DNA of 64,000 nucleotides from Anaerohalosphaeraceae bacterium (lineage in GTDB: Bacteria; Planctomycetota; Phycisphaerae; Sedimentisphaerales; Anaerohalosphaeraceae). Under the pieces are notes generated by a model. The model was given only the letters and a program-made list of their open reading frames with translations, was not told the DNA's origin and made no database searches. Within the stretch, counting starts at the first letter, position 1; the number at the start of each line of letters is the position of its first letter. Shown here one piece after another: positions 10,455 through 19,758 of the stretch. The translations under genes and the position numbers were made by a program. The stretch lies in the NCBI GenBank assembly GCA_963675525.2, contig CAXXSL010000011.1:416001-480000 (forward strand). The letters run 5' to 3'.

Positions 10455-12596
10455 TTAATCTTTGCCCATAAATTCCGGAATGAGTTCTTTGATGGCCGCA
10501 ACGATCTTGCCGCGATCCTGGGATGGAGCAATATCTACGATTTTACCAATTAGAGATCGCAGCGTTTCACGATCTTTGGGAATCGTTTTCCAAATGGCGA
10601 TCTTAGGATGCTTGGTCGGCAGCATATCCTCACCCTCAATTGACAGTTCCTCAAACAGTTTTTCCCCCGGCCGCAAACCGCTGAATTCGATCTCGATATC
10701 CTCGCCCGGACGAAAACCGCTCAGCGTGATCAATTCCCGAGCCAGGTCCACGATCTTCACAGGTTCGCCCATATCCAGCAGGAATATCTCGCCGCCGGTG
10801 CCCATGGCCGAGGCCTGCAGCACCAACTGACTGGCCTCCGGGATCGTCATAAAGTAACGCGTCATGTCCGGATGTGTCACGGTCACCGGACCGCCGTCGG
10901 CGATCTGCTTGTTGAAGATCGGAACCACCGAACCGTTGGACCCCAGCACATTCCCGAAACGAACCGTTACAAAATGCGTCCGGCTGGTCGTGTTCAGGTC
11001 CTGAATATACATTTCCGCAATCCGCTTGGATGATCCCATAATGCTGGTCGGGTTGACGGCTTTGTCCGTACTGATCATCACGAAGTTTTCCGAACCGACC
11101 CGATCCGCCGCATCGGCAATATTCCGGGTTCCGATCACATTGTTCTTGATCGCTTCTCCGGGATTTCCTTCCATCAGCGGTACATGCTTATGCGCCGCAG
11201 CATGGATCACCACATCCGGATGATACACATCAAACAACTGATCCACGCGGACCTTATCGCCAATATCGCAAATGATCGCCTGAATGGGAACATCCGGGAA
11301 GTTTTTTCGCAGTTCCCGTTCGATGAAGAACAGGGGATTTTCAGCCTGTTCAACCAATAGCAAGGATTTCGGCCCAAATGCACAAACCTGCCGGCACATT
11401 TCCGACCCGATCGACCCCCCGGCACCGGTCACAAACAGCACTTTATCTTTCAGAAACTTCTCGATCTTCGCCAGGTCCAGTTGTACAACATCCCGACCCA
11501 GCAAGTCGTTGATGTCAACATTGCGGATCTGTGAAACACGAAGTTTCCCGGAAGCGATATCCGTGATCGACGGCACGGTACTGAAACGAAGCTGGGTACC
11601 CTGACAGACCTGGACGACGCGGCGAAGTTCTTTCCGGCTCGCGGTAGGAATCGCAATCGCCAGTTCGTCAATATTCTGCTTTTTGCAGATTTCCGGCAAT
11701 TGGTCCACATTGCCCAACACCGGAATCCCGTGGATGTTCATCCCAAGCTTGGCCGGATCATCATCAATAAATCCGACAACATCGTACTGAACATCCGTTC
11801 GGCGGCCCATTTCCCGCAGCAGGGCCTCGCCGGCATTGCCAGCGCCGATAATCAGGTAACGCCTCGCTGTTCCGCGATGTTCCGTAAAATATTGTTCATG
11901 ATACAGGCGGATCAGCATACGCAACCCGGACAGGATGACAACCGTCGTCAGTAAATCCAGCATGATCACCCCTTCAATGGTCCGCTGGACTTGCCGCAAT
12001 TGAGCATATCGCTCCATTGTTTGTTTCCGCTTTTCACTATTAAGGGGAAACGACTCAGCCTCCTTCAAAATTTCTGAAAGCCGGCTCAGTTCCATCAGGT
12101 TTCTTAAACCCTTTAGATTCTCATACTCCTTTACTAATCCACTCGATTCAACCGTACTAACAGCCGCCTCTATATCAAACTCAAGCTGCCGCATCTTTTG
12201 GCGAATAGTTTGGATCCGGACATCGGCGATAACTCGCTTACCCATGAATCCATACCCATACCAGAGAACAACAAGAACAACTGTACTAACCAAAGACGCC
12301 TTGGCAATTTGAAAAAGATCGCTCAATCCGACGTATCGCCACCACCCCTGATATTGTTTGCACCGCCCGAAAACAATCAATTTGACCGGAACAACAATAC
12401 AGAAAAAAATCGGAAACTGGTATATGGCCCATTTCCTTAATAACTGCATATTGTTGGCAAATAGAAACGCCAGTACCAGCGCCGTGAAAAAACAGACGAT
12501 ATGCGCCAGAACGATCAATAATTTTCGATGGTGCATGATCACTTTTTGAATCGAGCTTTGATTGTCAGGTCGTCGTTCAGACTCTGATTGCGGCAT
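10455..12596 (-). CDS. Polysaccharide biosynthesis protein, CapD/PglF-type nucleotide-sugar dehydratase
   Basis: N-terminal TM helices, IIGAGNAG, VTGAGGSIGSE, HAAAHKHVPLME, STDKAVNPTS, RFGNVLGS. Confidence 0.92.
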   Translation of the reverse strand: MPQSESERRPDNQSSIQKVIMHHRKLLIVLAHIVCFFTALVLAFLFANNMQLLRKWAIYQFPIFFCIVVPVKLIVFGRCKQYQGWWRYVGLSDLFQIAKASLVSTVVLVVLWYGYGFMGKRVIADVRIQTIRQKMRQLEFDIEAAVSTVESSGLVKEYENLKGLRNLMELSRLSEILKEAESFPLNSEKRKQTMERYAQLRQVQRTIEGVIMLDLLTTVVILSGLRMLIRLYHEQYFTEHRGTARRYLIIGAGNAGEALLREMGRRTDVQYDVVGFIDDDPAKLGMNIHGIPVLGNVDQLPEICKKQNIDELAIAIPTASRKELRRVVQVCQGTQLRFSTVPSITDIASGKLRVSQIRNVDINDLLGRDVVQLDLAKIEKFLKDKVLFVTGAGGSIGSEMCRQVCAFGPKSLLLVEQAENPLFFIERELRKNFPDVPIQAIICDIGDKVRVDQLFDVYHPDVVIHAAAHKHVPLMEGNPGEAIKNNVIGTRNIADAADRVGSENFVMISTDKAVNPTSIMGSSKRIAEMYIQDLNTTSRTHFVTVRFGNVLGSNGSVVPIFNKQIADGGPVTVTHPDMTRYFMTIPEASQLVLQASAMGTGGEIFLLDMGEPVKIVDLARELITLSGFRPGEDIEIEFSGLRPGEKLFEELSIEGEDMLPTKHPKIAIWKTIPKDRETLRSLIGKIVDIAPSQDRGKIVAAIKELIPEFMGKD

Positions 12597-12614
12597 ACAA
12601 ATTCCCTGTTTTAA

Positions 12615-13898
12615 TTATTCTTTGACCTGTTCCAGATGCATATAGACCTGTTCATGTTCAATCCTGTCCACTTTTTTTCGCATCAGCGCATAAATCACCG
12701 TTGAAGCACTGAACACATAACTGACCACATACGCCAGTAAAAAACCGATGATCATCAGCAGAAATAAATAAATGACGAATGAAACCACCGACTCACTCCA
12801 GCCCGTAGCGCCGGATGCCCTGCTTAAAACATCCATAAACTCAGGCCGATCCCAAACACGCTGGATTTTATCACCGTATCCGGCCATGCCCATTCCCACG
12901 GCAAGCAGTCCGTACGTAAAACGCAGCACAATAAAGATGATCAACCGCAGCACCAGGTAGAAAAATGTCCCGAAGATGCTGGACATAAACACATAATAAA
13001 ACATCCAGACGGGGCGGTTGAGTACATAGCTGAATGAACGGCCGATGGAGTCCAGTCCGCTGGTACCTTCATAGGCAATCGCCGGATACAGTAAAAGCCC
13101 TCCCGCAGCCACACCAATAACCAGCAGAAAAATAATCGCCCCGAAAATCAGTAAAAAACCGAACAAAACACTTAACAACAGGTCACCCACCCACGGGATC
13201 CCGGCTGTCAACCCGACCAATAACACCACCAGTGAAAAAACCATAACCATCCCCGCCGGAATCAACGGCGCCGACAGATAAGACCCGAATTTCTCAGCGG
13301 CATAATGTAATGCCTCAAACAGACCGGGGCGTTCTTCCTGAGCGAACTCCAGTGACGCACAACGGCAAATCGCCCCGCCGGAAAAGCTGAAGACAATAAA
13401 TGATACGCTAAAAAAGAACAGGCTGTAGATCGGATGAAACCGAAAAGCCCACAAAACCGCACGAAAACATTCCCATATATTTCCCAAAACATACTGAACA
13501 TTCTGAAAAATATTCCTGTTGCCAAGGTCCAATAAATGCGTTGTCGAACGATGAAAACGCGATGTCACAAAATCCCACAAGGTCGAAAAGACGCCTTGCC
13601 TGTCGCCGTAGGAAACGTCCTGCAATTGCTCGATAAAGGCGCCTGCCTCTGAGGAATCCTGAATATAAAGGTCCAACTCCGTTTGACCGACATTCAAACC
13701 ATACTGAGGATAGTTCTGGGAACAAACCACAACACCCTGACTGCATCGATCCATTAAATAGCCAAGCAGGCAAACAGTAAGGATTGCACAAAACGCAATC
13801 ACCAGTTTGACCGGCCCAATCGCCAGCTTAAAACTCAAAGCCAGTTCCGGCAGTGCAAGATCGTCCCAGATACTTCGTAGTGAATATCGTCCCGCCAA
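12615..13898 (-). CDS. Hypothetical polytopic membrane protein
   Basis: 427-aa ORF with several hydrophobic helices, co-oriented with neighbours. Confidence 0.75.
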   Translation of the reverse strand: MAGRYSLRSIWDDLALPELALSFKLAIGPVKLVIAFCAILTVCLLGYLMDRCSQGVVVCSQNYPQYGLNVGQTELDLYIQDSSEAGAFIEQLQDVSYGDRQGVFSTLWDFVTSRFHRSTTHLLDLGNRNIFQNVQYVLGNIWECFRAVLWAFRFHPIYSLFFFSVSFIVFSFSGGAICRCASLEFAQEERPGLFEALHYAAEKFGSYLSAPLIPAGMVMVFSLVVLLVGLTAGIPWVGDLLLSVLFGFLLIFGAIIFLLVIGVAAGGLLLYPAIAYEGTSGLDSIGRSFSYVLNRPVWMFYYVFMSSIFGTFFYLVLRLIIFIVLRFTYGLLAVGMGMAGYGDKIQRVWDRPEFMDVLSRASGATGWSESVVSFVIYLFLLMIIGFLLAYVVSYVFSASTVIYALMRKKVDRIEHEQVYMHLEQVKE

Positions 13899-13950
13899 GG
13901 GTCATCCTTTCCTTCGACTGATTGCGATTTCCACAAATCTCTTCAACCGC

Positions 13951-14154
13951 TCACTGATCGTCAATTATTTCGTCCTCAGAATCACTGGCTGCGGTTGGAA
14001 TCCGATAATCCCCATCCAGCCAACTCCCCAAGTCAAGCAACCGGCATCGCTGACAGCAAAACGGAAAAAATGCTGCATTGATCTGCTTTTTCCCGTCCTC
14101 CTTGGATGTCGCCGAAGGGATTACTTTCCCGCACGCTGGACACTTATAATCCAT
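13951..14154 (-). CDS. yacG: DNA gyrase inhibitor YacG
   Basis: CPAC...FPFCCQRCRLLDLGSWLDGDYRIP. Confidence 0.9.
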   Translation of the reverse strand: MDYKCPACGKVIPSATSKEDGKKQINAAFFPFCCQRCRLLDLGSWLDGDYRIPTAASDSEDEIIDDQ

Positions 14155-14193
14155 GAATCAACATATTCCTAAAACGGTCACACCAAAAAAACA

Positions 14194-14973
14194 CTAAACC
14201 AACTCTTCATCGTCATCATCGATACCGTAAAAGAGAGCATTCTTTTCTTCTTCTTCTTCATCGATATAATCTTCTTCCTCGTCATCATCATCATCGATCT
14301 CATCAGAATCTTCTGCTTCATCAGACTCATAATCATACCAATGATCGTCTTCGCTGGCCAATCCTTTCTCGATCATCTCGGCGTACTGGACACAGTACGG
14401 AGTCCACGGAATCCCTTCCAGACGAACTTTGGGGATCGGTTGTCCGGTGCCTTCACAGATTCCATAAGTCCCCTCTTCAATTCGCTTCAGGGCCGCAACA
14501 ATCTCATGGACGATCTTTCGCTCACTGTCCATCAGGCCCAGCGAAAATTCCTGCTCATAATTATCACTGCCGATATCGGCCATATGGATCGGCATGCTGG
14601 AAAGGTCCCCGCTGGCGTCCAGCCTGGACGTTTTGAGTGCTTCAGTTTCAATGTGGTTGACGTCGCCTGTTATTTCCTTGAGCTTTTCGATCAACAATGC
14701 ACGGAAATGCTTTAATTCAGCTTTTGAAAGTGTTGATTTTCTACGCTGTCTGCGACGAAGCGTTTTTAGAGCAGACGTCTTCTTTTTAGCAGTGCGTTTT
14801 TTGGTTTGTTTCTTTGTTACCTTTTTGACTGCCTTTTTCGCGGTTTTCTTCACCGCTTTCTTGGTCACAAGCTTCTTAGGCGTACTTTTTTTAGCTGTTT
14901 TCTGGGTGACAGTTTTTTTCGTCGTTTTCTTCACAGCCTTCGTCGTTGCTTTCTTTTTTACCTTTTTTGCCAC
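14194..14973 (-). CDS. dksA: TraR/DksA family transcription factor with Lys-rich N-terminus and acidic C-terminus
   Basis: HMADIGSD, ALKRIEEGTYGICE...IPKVRLEGIPW. Confidence 0.85.
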   Translation of the reverse strand: MAKKVKKKATTKAVKKTTKKTVTQKTAKKSTPKKLVTKKAVKKTAKKAVKKVTKKQTKKRTAKKKTSALKTLRRRQRRKSTLSKAELKHFRALLIEKLKEITGDVNHIETEALKTSRLDASGDLSSMPIHMADIGSDNYEQEFSLGLMDSERKIVHEIVAALKRIEEGTYGICEGTGQPIPKVRLEGIPWTPYCVQYAEMIEKGLASEDDHWYDYESDEAEDSDEIDDDDDEEEDYIDEEEEEKNALFYGIDDDDEELV

Positions 14974-15149
14974 TCGAACTTTGCCTTTCCGCTATCTTGG
15001 TGCCATCTGGGAGTTTATAGTACCCCTTTGATAAAATCGAATGGGGTATGATACACAAAATGCCCTCATTATGACAACCAAAATATTGGTTTTGACCAAA
15101 AATGCTCCGCTTCTTGGCACAATCACATAACTTTATTTAAAAGAATAAG

Positions 15150-15953
15150 TTACAATTCATCCAAAGGGTGATCCTTGGAAAACTTACCCAGCGGGATAAA
15201 GAATTTTTCACGACAGACAAGACCCTGATACCCCTTTACAGAAAAGGTCTCTTCGATTCGTTCGGCATCCAGCACCTCTTCGGGGGTACCCTGAAAATAG
15301 GTTCCGCCACTGCCAAGCAGTAAAACCCGGTCACAATACTGGCAGGTCAGGTTAATGTCATGGGTCACCAATACCACCGTTTTACCCTGTTCGGCCTGCA
15401 TTTGTTTGAGTAAATCAAAAATCCGCACCTGATGCTTTAAGTCCAGATGGCTGGTTGGCTCATCCAACAGCAAAATCGGGGTTTCCTGAGCCAGAGCCCG
15501 GGCAATAAAAACACGCTGCCGTTCGCCACCGCTGAGATGCCCCAGCGGACGGTCCGAAAAATCCAGCGTATCCGTTGCACGCAACGCCGATTCCACAGCC
15601 GCAGCATCCTCCGGTTCCTCAAAAAGGCTCGTTTTTTTTCGATAAAAACGGGCCATCATCACCGTTTCACGCACCGAAAACCCAAACACCGGCACAAATT
15701 CCTGGCGAACCATCGACAAGACCCCTGCCAGCCGCCGTGTTGAAAAAGATGAAACAGGTTCATCGTCAATATGAATTGTCCCACGCCGCGGCTTTAACTG
15801 ACCGCTCAGCAAATTCAGGAACGTACTTTTCCCCGACCCATTCGGCCCGACAATCGCCCAAAAGGAATGCTTCTCAACCGCCAGTGAAAGGTCTTTCAGC
15901 ACCGGCTGATCTTCATACCCAAATGTAACATCCTGTATCTGAATGAAACTCAC
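15150..15953 (-). CDS. Cobalamin/Fe-siderophore ABC transporter ATP-binding protein
   Basis: GPNGSGKST, LSGGERQRV, LLLDEPT; GTG 15953 overlaps the permease stop (GTGA). Confidence 0.88.
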   Translation of the reverse strand: MSFIQIQDVTFGYEDQPVLKDLSLAVEKHSFWAIVGPNGSGKSTFLNLLSGQLKPRRGTIHIDDEPVSSFSTRRLAGVLSMVRQEFVPVFGFSVRETVMMARFYRKKTSLFEEPEDAAAVESALRATDTLDFSDRPLGHLSGGERQRVFIARALAQETPILLLDEPTSHLDLKHQVRIFDLLKQMQAEQGKTVVLVTHDINLTCQYCDRVLLLGSGGTYFQGTPEEVLDAERIEETFSVKGYQGLVCREKFFIPLGKFSKDHPLDEL

Positions 15954-16978
15954 GCGTGTCCCCAATGAATGGTTTTCGTATAACGAATCAGTAAAATCAG
16001 AAAAAACGGTCCTCCCGTTAATGCAGTGATCACCCCCACCGGCAGCAGAATCGGTCGCGCGACCGCATCCGCAATAACCAGAAAGGCCGCACCGATGATA
16101 GCGCTTAGTGGAATCAGTTGACGATGGTCCGGCCCCGCCACCAGGCGAACCGCATGCGGAACAACCAGCCCCACAAAACCGATCAATCCGCTCAGAGAAA
16201 CTGCTATCGATGTGATCAGTGCCGCACAGGCAAACGCCAAAAAACACGTTCGTTCGATCGGAACACCCAAACTGCGAGCATCCTGGCGGCCAAAGCTGAG
16301 AATATTTAATTGATTGCCGAGCATCAATAAAAATAGAATCCCCAACAGAACAATCGCGCCCGAAGCCAGCAAGGGTGTCATTCGGTCAAGCTCGGCAAAA
16401 CTGCCCATCAGCCATAACATGGTCGTCTGAAATTTTTTAGCACTCGCGATAGAAGATAAAAACATGATAATGGCAGAAAAGAAAGCGTTCACAACCACCC
16501 CCGCCAATAACAACCCGGTGACATGGACCCGCCCGGTCACGCGCCCGATACTCCAGACCAGCCAGACCGTTCCCATCGCACCCGTAAACGAAGCGACCAT
16601 CAGGGCCGATAAGCCCCAGAACGTCCACGTCCAGCCTAACAGAACGGCCAACATACAGCCCAGCCCGGCGCCACTGGAAACACCGAGAATATACGGATCG
16701 GCCAGTGGATTGCGAAGGATCGCCTGGAACACCACACCTGAGCAAGCCAGCGCCGCGCCGACAATGGCCGCCAGCAACACACGTGGTAAACGAACATTCA
16801 CAAGAATAACATAATCACTGTTGGGCACACCGTCGACCACCGGTCCCTGCATCGCATGACGCAGCGAAATATCCTGCGAACCGACCAGCAGGCAAACGGC
16901 CATTACCACAACCAGCAGCAGCACCGCCAGACCACAACGAACGATCAGCTTTCCGGGCGTTAACATTGATTCATTCAT
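15950..16978 (-). CDS. FecCD/BtuC family ABC permease
   Basis: RLPRVLLA, RNPLADPYILGVSSGA, IGFVGLVVPH; ATG 16978 overlaps upstream TGA. Confidence 0.9.
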   Translation of the reverse strand: MNESMLTPGKLIVRCGLAVLLLVVVMAVCLLVGSQDISLRHAMQGPVVDGVPNSDYVILVNVRLPRVLLAAIVGAALACSGVVFQAILRNPLADPYILGVSSGAGLGCMLAVLLGWTWTFWGLSALMVASFTGAMGTVWLVWSIGRVTGRVHVTGLLLAGVVVNAFFSAIIMFLSSIASAKKFQTTMLWLMGSFAELDRMTPLLASGAIVLLGILFLLMLGNQLNILSFGRQDARSLGVPIERTCFLAFACAALITSIAVSLSGLIGFVGLVVPHAVRLVAGPDHRQLIPLSAIIGAAFLVIADAVARPILLPVGVITALTGGPFFLILLIRYTKTIHWGHA

Positions 16979-17862
16979 TCCTGCCATAGACACCCCGCCA
17001 CGAGTTCGGCGGCCTCATCCAGCCGCGGTCCCAACCGCGAGACCAAATCGCCGTCAATGATATGAATCCGGCCGTTCTGCACCGCCGGAACAACCGCATA
17101 CCGATGATAAAACTCCGCGGCACTCTTTTGTTGTTCTTCAAACTGCTCCGCATCCATCACCGGCTCGATAATCACATCCGGCATACTGCCGATGACTTCT
17201 TCGGCACTGATCGGCGGATATTGAATGAGTGTCGTTCCGATTGCATTCACACCGCCGGTCATCTCGATCAACTCATTGATAAACGTATCCCGTCCGGCAA
17301 CACGCAGCGGATGCCGCTGAATCACCCAGAGCACTTTCGGCCTTTGACGCCCCGCATAATGAGCGATGATTTCCGACTGCTTATCCTGTAGTCGCTCAAC
17401 CATTAACTGCGATTCAGACTGTTTTTTAACCGCTTTTCCGATTTCAGCAATCGCCTCGTACAACTGGTCAATCGCCTCGATCCGCAGCGTCAATGTTTTG
17501 CAGCCAATCCGCTCCATATGCGATACAATCGCCGCCTGCTGGTCAAACCAGAGATTCACCAGCAACGTCGGACGCAATGCCAGCACCGCCTCAATATCCG
17601 GCTGCCAAAAAGTCCCCACGCATGGTTTCTCCTGTGCCTGAGCCGGATAAGTGCTGTATTTTGTCACGCCGACAATCTCGTCATCCAATCCCAGCGCAAA
17701 CAAAATTTCCGTCAGATTCGGCGCCATCGAAACAATTCGCATATCAGTCCCGCCAACCTCAGCCGTGTCTGCCGGTCCTGATTTTTTCGAACAACCAAAA
17801 AAAACAAAGGATGCTATAAATATCAAACGCCACAAAGGCAGATTGCGTCTTACATTTAACAT
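16975..17862 (-). CDS. BtuF-like substrate-binding lipoprotein (cobalamin/heme/Fe-chelate)
   Basis: Lipobox FFGC, RIVSMAPNLTEILFALG, SRLGPRL; ATG 17862 follows the mutL stop. Confidence 0.85.
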   Translation of the reverse strand: MLNVRRNLPLWRLIFIASFVFFGCSKKSGPADTAEVGGTDMRIVSMAPNLTEILFALGLDDEIVGVTKYSTYPAQAQEKPCVGTFWQPDIEAVLALRPTLLVNLWFDQQAAIVSHMERIGCKTLTLRIEAIDQLYEAIAEIGKAVKKQSESQLMVERLQDKQSEIIAHYAGRQRPKVLWVIQRHPLRVAGRDTFINELIEMTGGVNAIGTTLIQYPPISAEEVIGSMPDVIIEPVMDAEQFEEQQKSAAEFYHRYAVVPAVQNGRIHIIDGDLVSRLGPRLDEAAELVAGCLWQE

Positions 17863-17863
17863 T

Positions 17864-19672
17864 CTAAAAGCCCGTCCGCTTAAACTGTTTTTCAAGCTCA
17901 TGGATAGAAAAGGCAATCGTCGTCGGGCGGCCATGCGGACAACGGCTGGTCCGCTGAACGACCCCTTTGTCTTTTAACAATTTGGCAATTTCGTCGGGCG
18001 ACAGCGGTTGACCGGCTTTGATCGCCGCCTTACACGCCGCCATGTCCAGTATCTCATGCAGCAGTCGTTCTTCATCCGCAGACTCGCCCTCATCCGTTAA
18101 CTTGTCCAGCATCTCCGTAACAAACTCCACGGGATCAGCCGTCTCAAGCATCACAGGAAACGCCTGCACCGCTAAGGTATTCGGTCCAAACGGCTCCAGC
18201 TCGATACCGAGTTTCTCAAAAAGCGATGTCTGCGACTCATACGCCTGCATCTGGACCGCGGTTACCTCAAAACTATGCGGCATTAACAACCGCTGCGAAA
18301 CCAGGCTGCCCTCCCGCAATCGTCGGCACATTTGTTCATACAAAATCCGCTCATGCAGGGCATGCTGGTCGATTACCACAAACCCTTCCTGGCTCTGCAG
18401 AAGAATATACGTATTATGCACCTGAAGAAATTCCCGCGCCAGCCAGTTTTCAGAAACCGGCTCATCCTTAAAATCGGGCATCTCCGGCAAGGGTATCGAT
18501 GACGAACCGGAACCCGAATAAGGGGATTTGCCAAACGTAAATCTTCGCTGCGGCTGAGCCGATGCGGGCTTGTCGAAAAAATCCTTCATCGCCTCTCGGA
18601 TACGTTCTTTTCGGGCTTCCTGGCCAAAGGCACACGTTAAATCCAGCGACCCGCCGGTCGGCACACTTCCGCTAACATCCAGATTTGAACTGAGCAGCTT
18701 ATCCCGCAGTACGGCCAGCACCTCCGAATGAACCGCGTTGGCATTATCAAACCGTACTTCCACTTTCGTCGGGTGCACATTGACATCAAACCCGGCCGGC
18801 GGCATCTGCATAAACAAAAATACCACCGGGTACTTGTTCGGCTCCATCAGACCGCGATAAGCTTCCTTGATCGCATGCAGAATAAACTTATCCCGGATAA
18901 ACCGGCCGTTCAGGAACAGGTATTGATATTTACTGCCAGCACGTGCCGCCGCCGGTTTTGCCAGCAGCGCATGCAACTGCATCCCGCGTTCGGATCGGCT
19001 GGTCGCCAGCAGGTCGGCTGCCAGGTCCCTGCCGAACAGGACCGCAATGCGTTCGACAACCCCCTGTCCGCTCAGCAGACGATAGACCTCTTTGCCGTTG
19101 TGACGCAGCGTCATATCCAGGTTTTCGTGGGCCAATGCGATACGCGTAAAATGTTCGGTAATATGCGACATCTCCGTCGCGGGCGTACGCAGGAATTTTC
19201 GGCGAACCGGCAGTTTATAAAACAGATTGCGGACCTCGATGGTCGTACCGGTATCGCCGCTGCATGGACGAACCTCGTTCTTTTTCCCGCAGTCGATGTC
19301 AATCCGGTTGGCCCCGATTGAGTCCGCCGTTCGACTGATGACCGTCACCTTTGCCACCGAACCGATACTGGCCAGCGCCTCGCCGCGAAACCCCATCGTC
19401 CGAATCCCCCCCAGGTCCTCATGCGTGCGTATTTTACTGGTTGCGTGAGGTTCAAACGCCAGCGCAAGGTCCTCTGCATCCATCCCCCCGCCGTCATCAA
19501 TGATCCGGATCAATGCCCGGCCGCCCTCCTCGACCTCAACGGTGATTTTACCCGCACCGGCATCGATGCTGTTTTCCAGCAATTCCTTGACGACACTGGC
19601 CGGCCGTTCGATCACCTCTCCGGCAGCGATCATGTTGATCATGTTGTCGTCCAGAACCGCTATCTTACCCAT
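17864..19672 (-). CDS. mutL: DNA mismatch repair endonuclease MutL
   Basis: IAAGEVIERPASVVKELLENSIDAG, GFRGEALASI, DQHALHER, ACKAAIK, CPHGRP. Confidence 0.97.
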   Translation of the reverse strand: MGKIAVLDDNMINMIAAGEVIERPASVVKELLENSIDAGAGKITVEVEEGGRALIRIIDDGGGMDAEDLALAFEPHATSKIRTHEDLGGIRTMGFRGEALASIGSVAKVTVISRTADSIGANRIDIDCGKKNEVRPCSGDTGTTIEVRNLFYKLPVRRKFLRTPATEMSHITEHFTRIALAHENLDMTLRHNGKEVYRLLSGQGVVERIAVLFGRDLAADLLATSRSERGMQLHALLAKPAAARAGSKYQYLFLNGRFIRDKFILHAIKEAYRGLMEPNKYPVVFLFMQMPPAGFDVNVHPTKVEVRFDNANAVHSEVLAVLRDKLLSSNLDVSGSVPTGGSLDLTCAFGQEARKERIREAMKDFFDKPASAQPQRRFTFGKSPYSGSGSSSIPLPEMPDFKDEPVSENWLAREFLQVHNTYILLQSQEGFVVIDQHALHERILYEQMCRRLREGSLVSQRLLMPHSFEVTAVQMQAYESQTSLFEKLGIELEPFGPNTLAVQAFPVMLETADPVEFVTEMLDKLTDEGESADEERLLHEILDMAACKAAIKAGQPLSPDEIAKLLKDKGVVQRTSRCPHGRPTTIAFSIHELEKQFKRTGF

Positions 19673-19758
19673 AACATCCGTTTTCGGCTTTCATCAAACA
19701 AAAAAGCTCAGCCCGAAGGGCTATCCGTTTATTTGATTTTTAATTTTTGATAGTTAAT

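Noticed and set aside
17862..17940. Cobalamin riboswitch before the btuFCD-like genes
   Set aside because: The binding-protein gene starts immediately after the mutL stop, leaving no leader.
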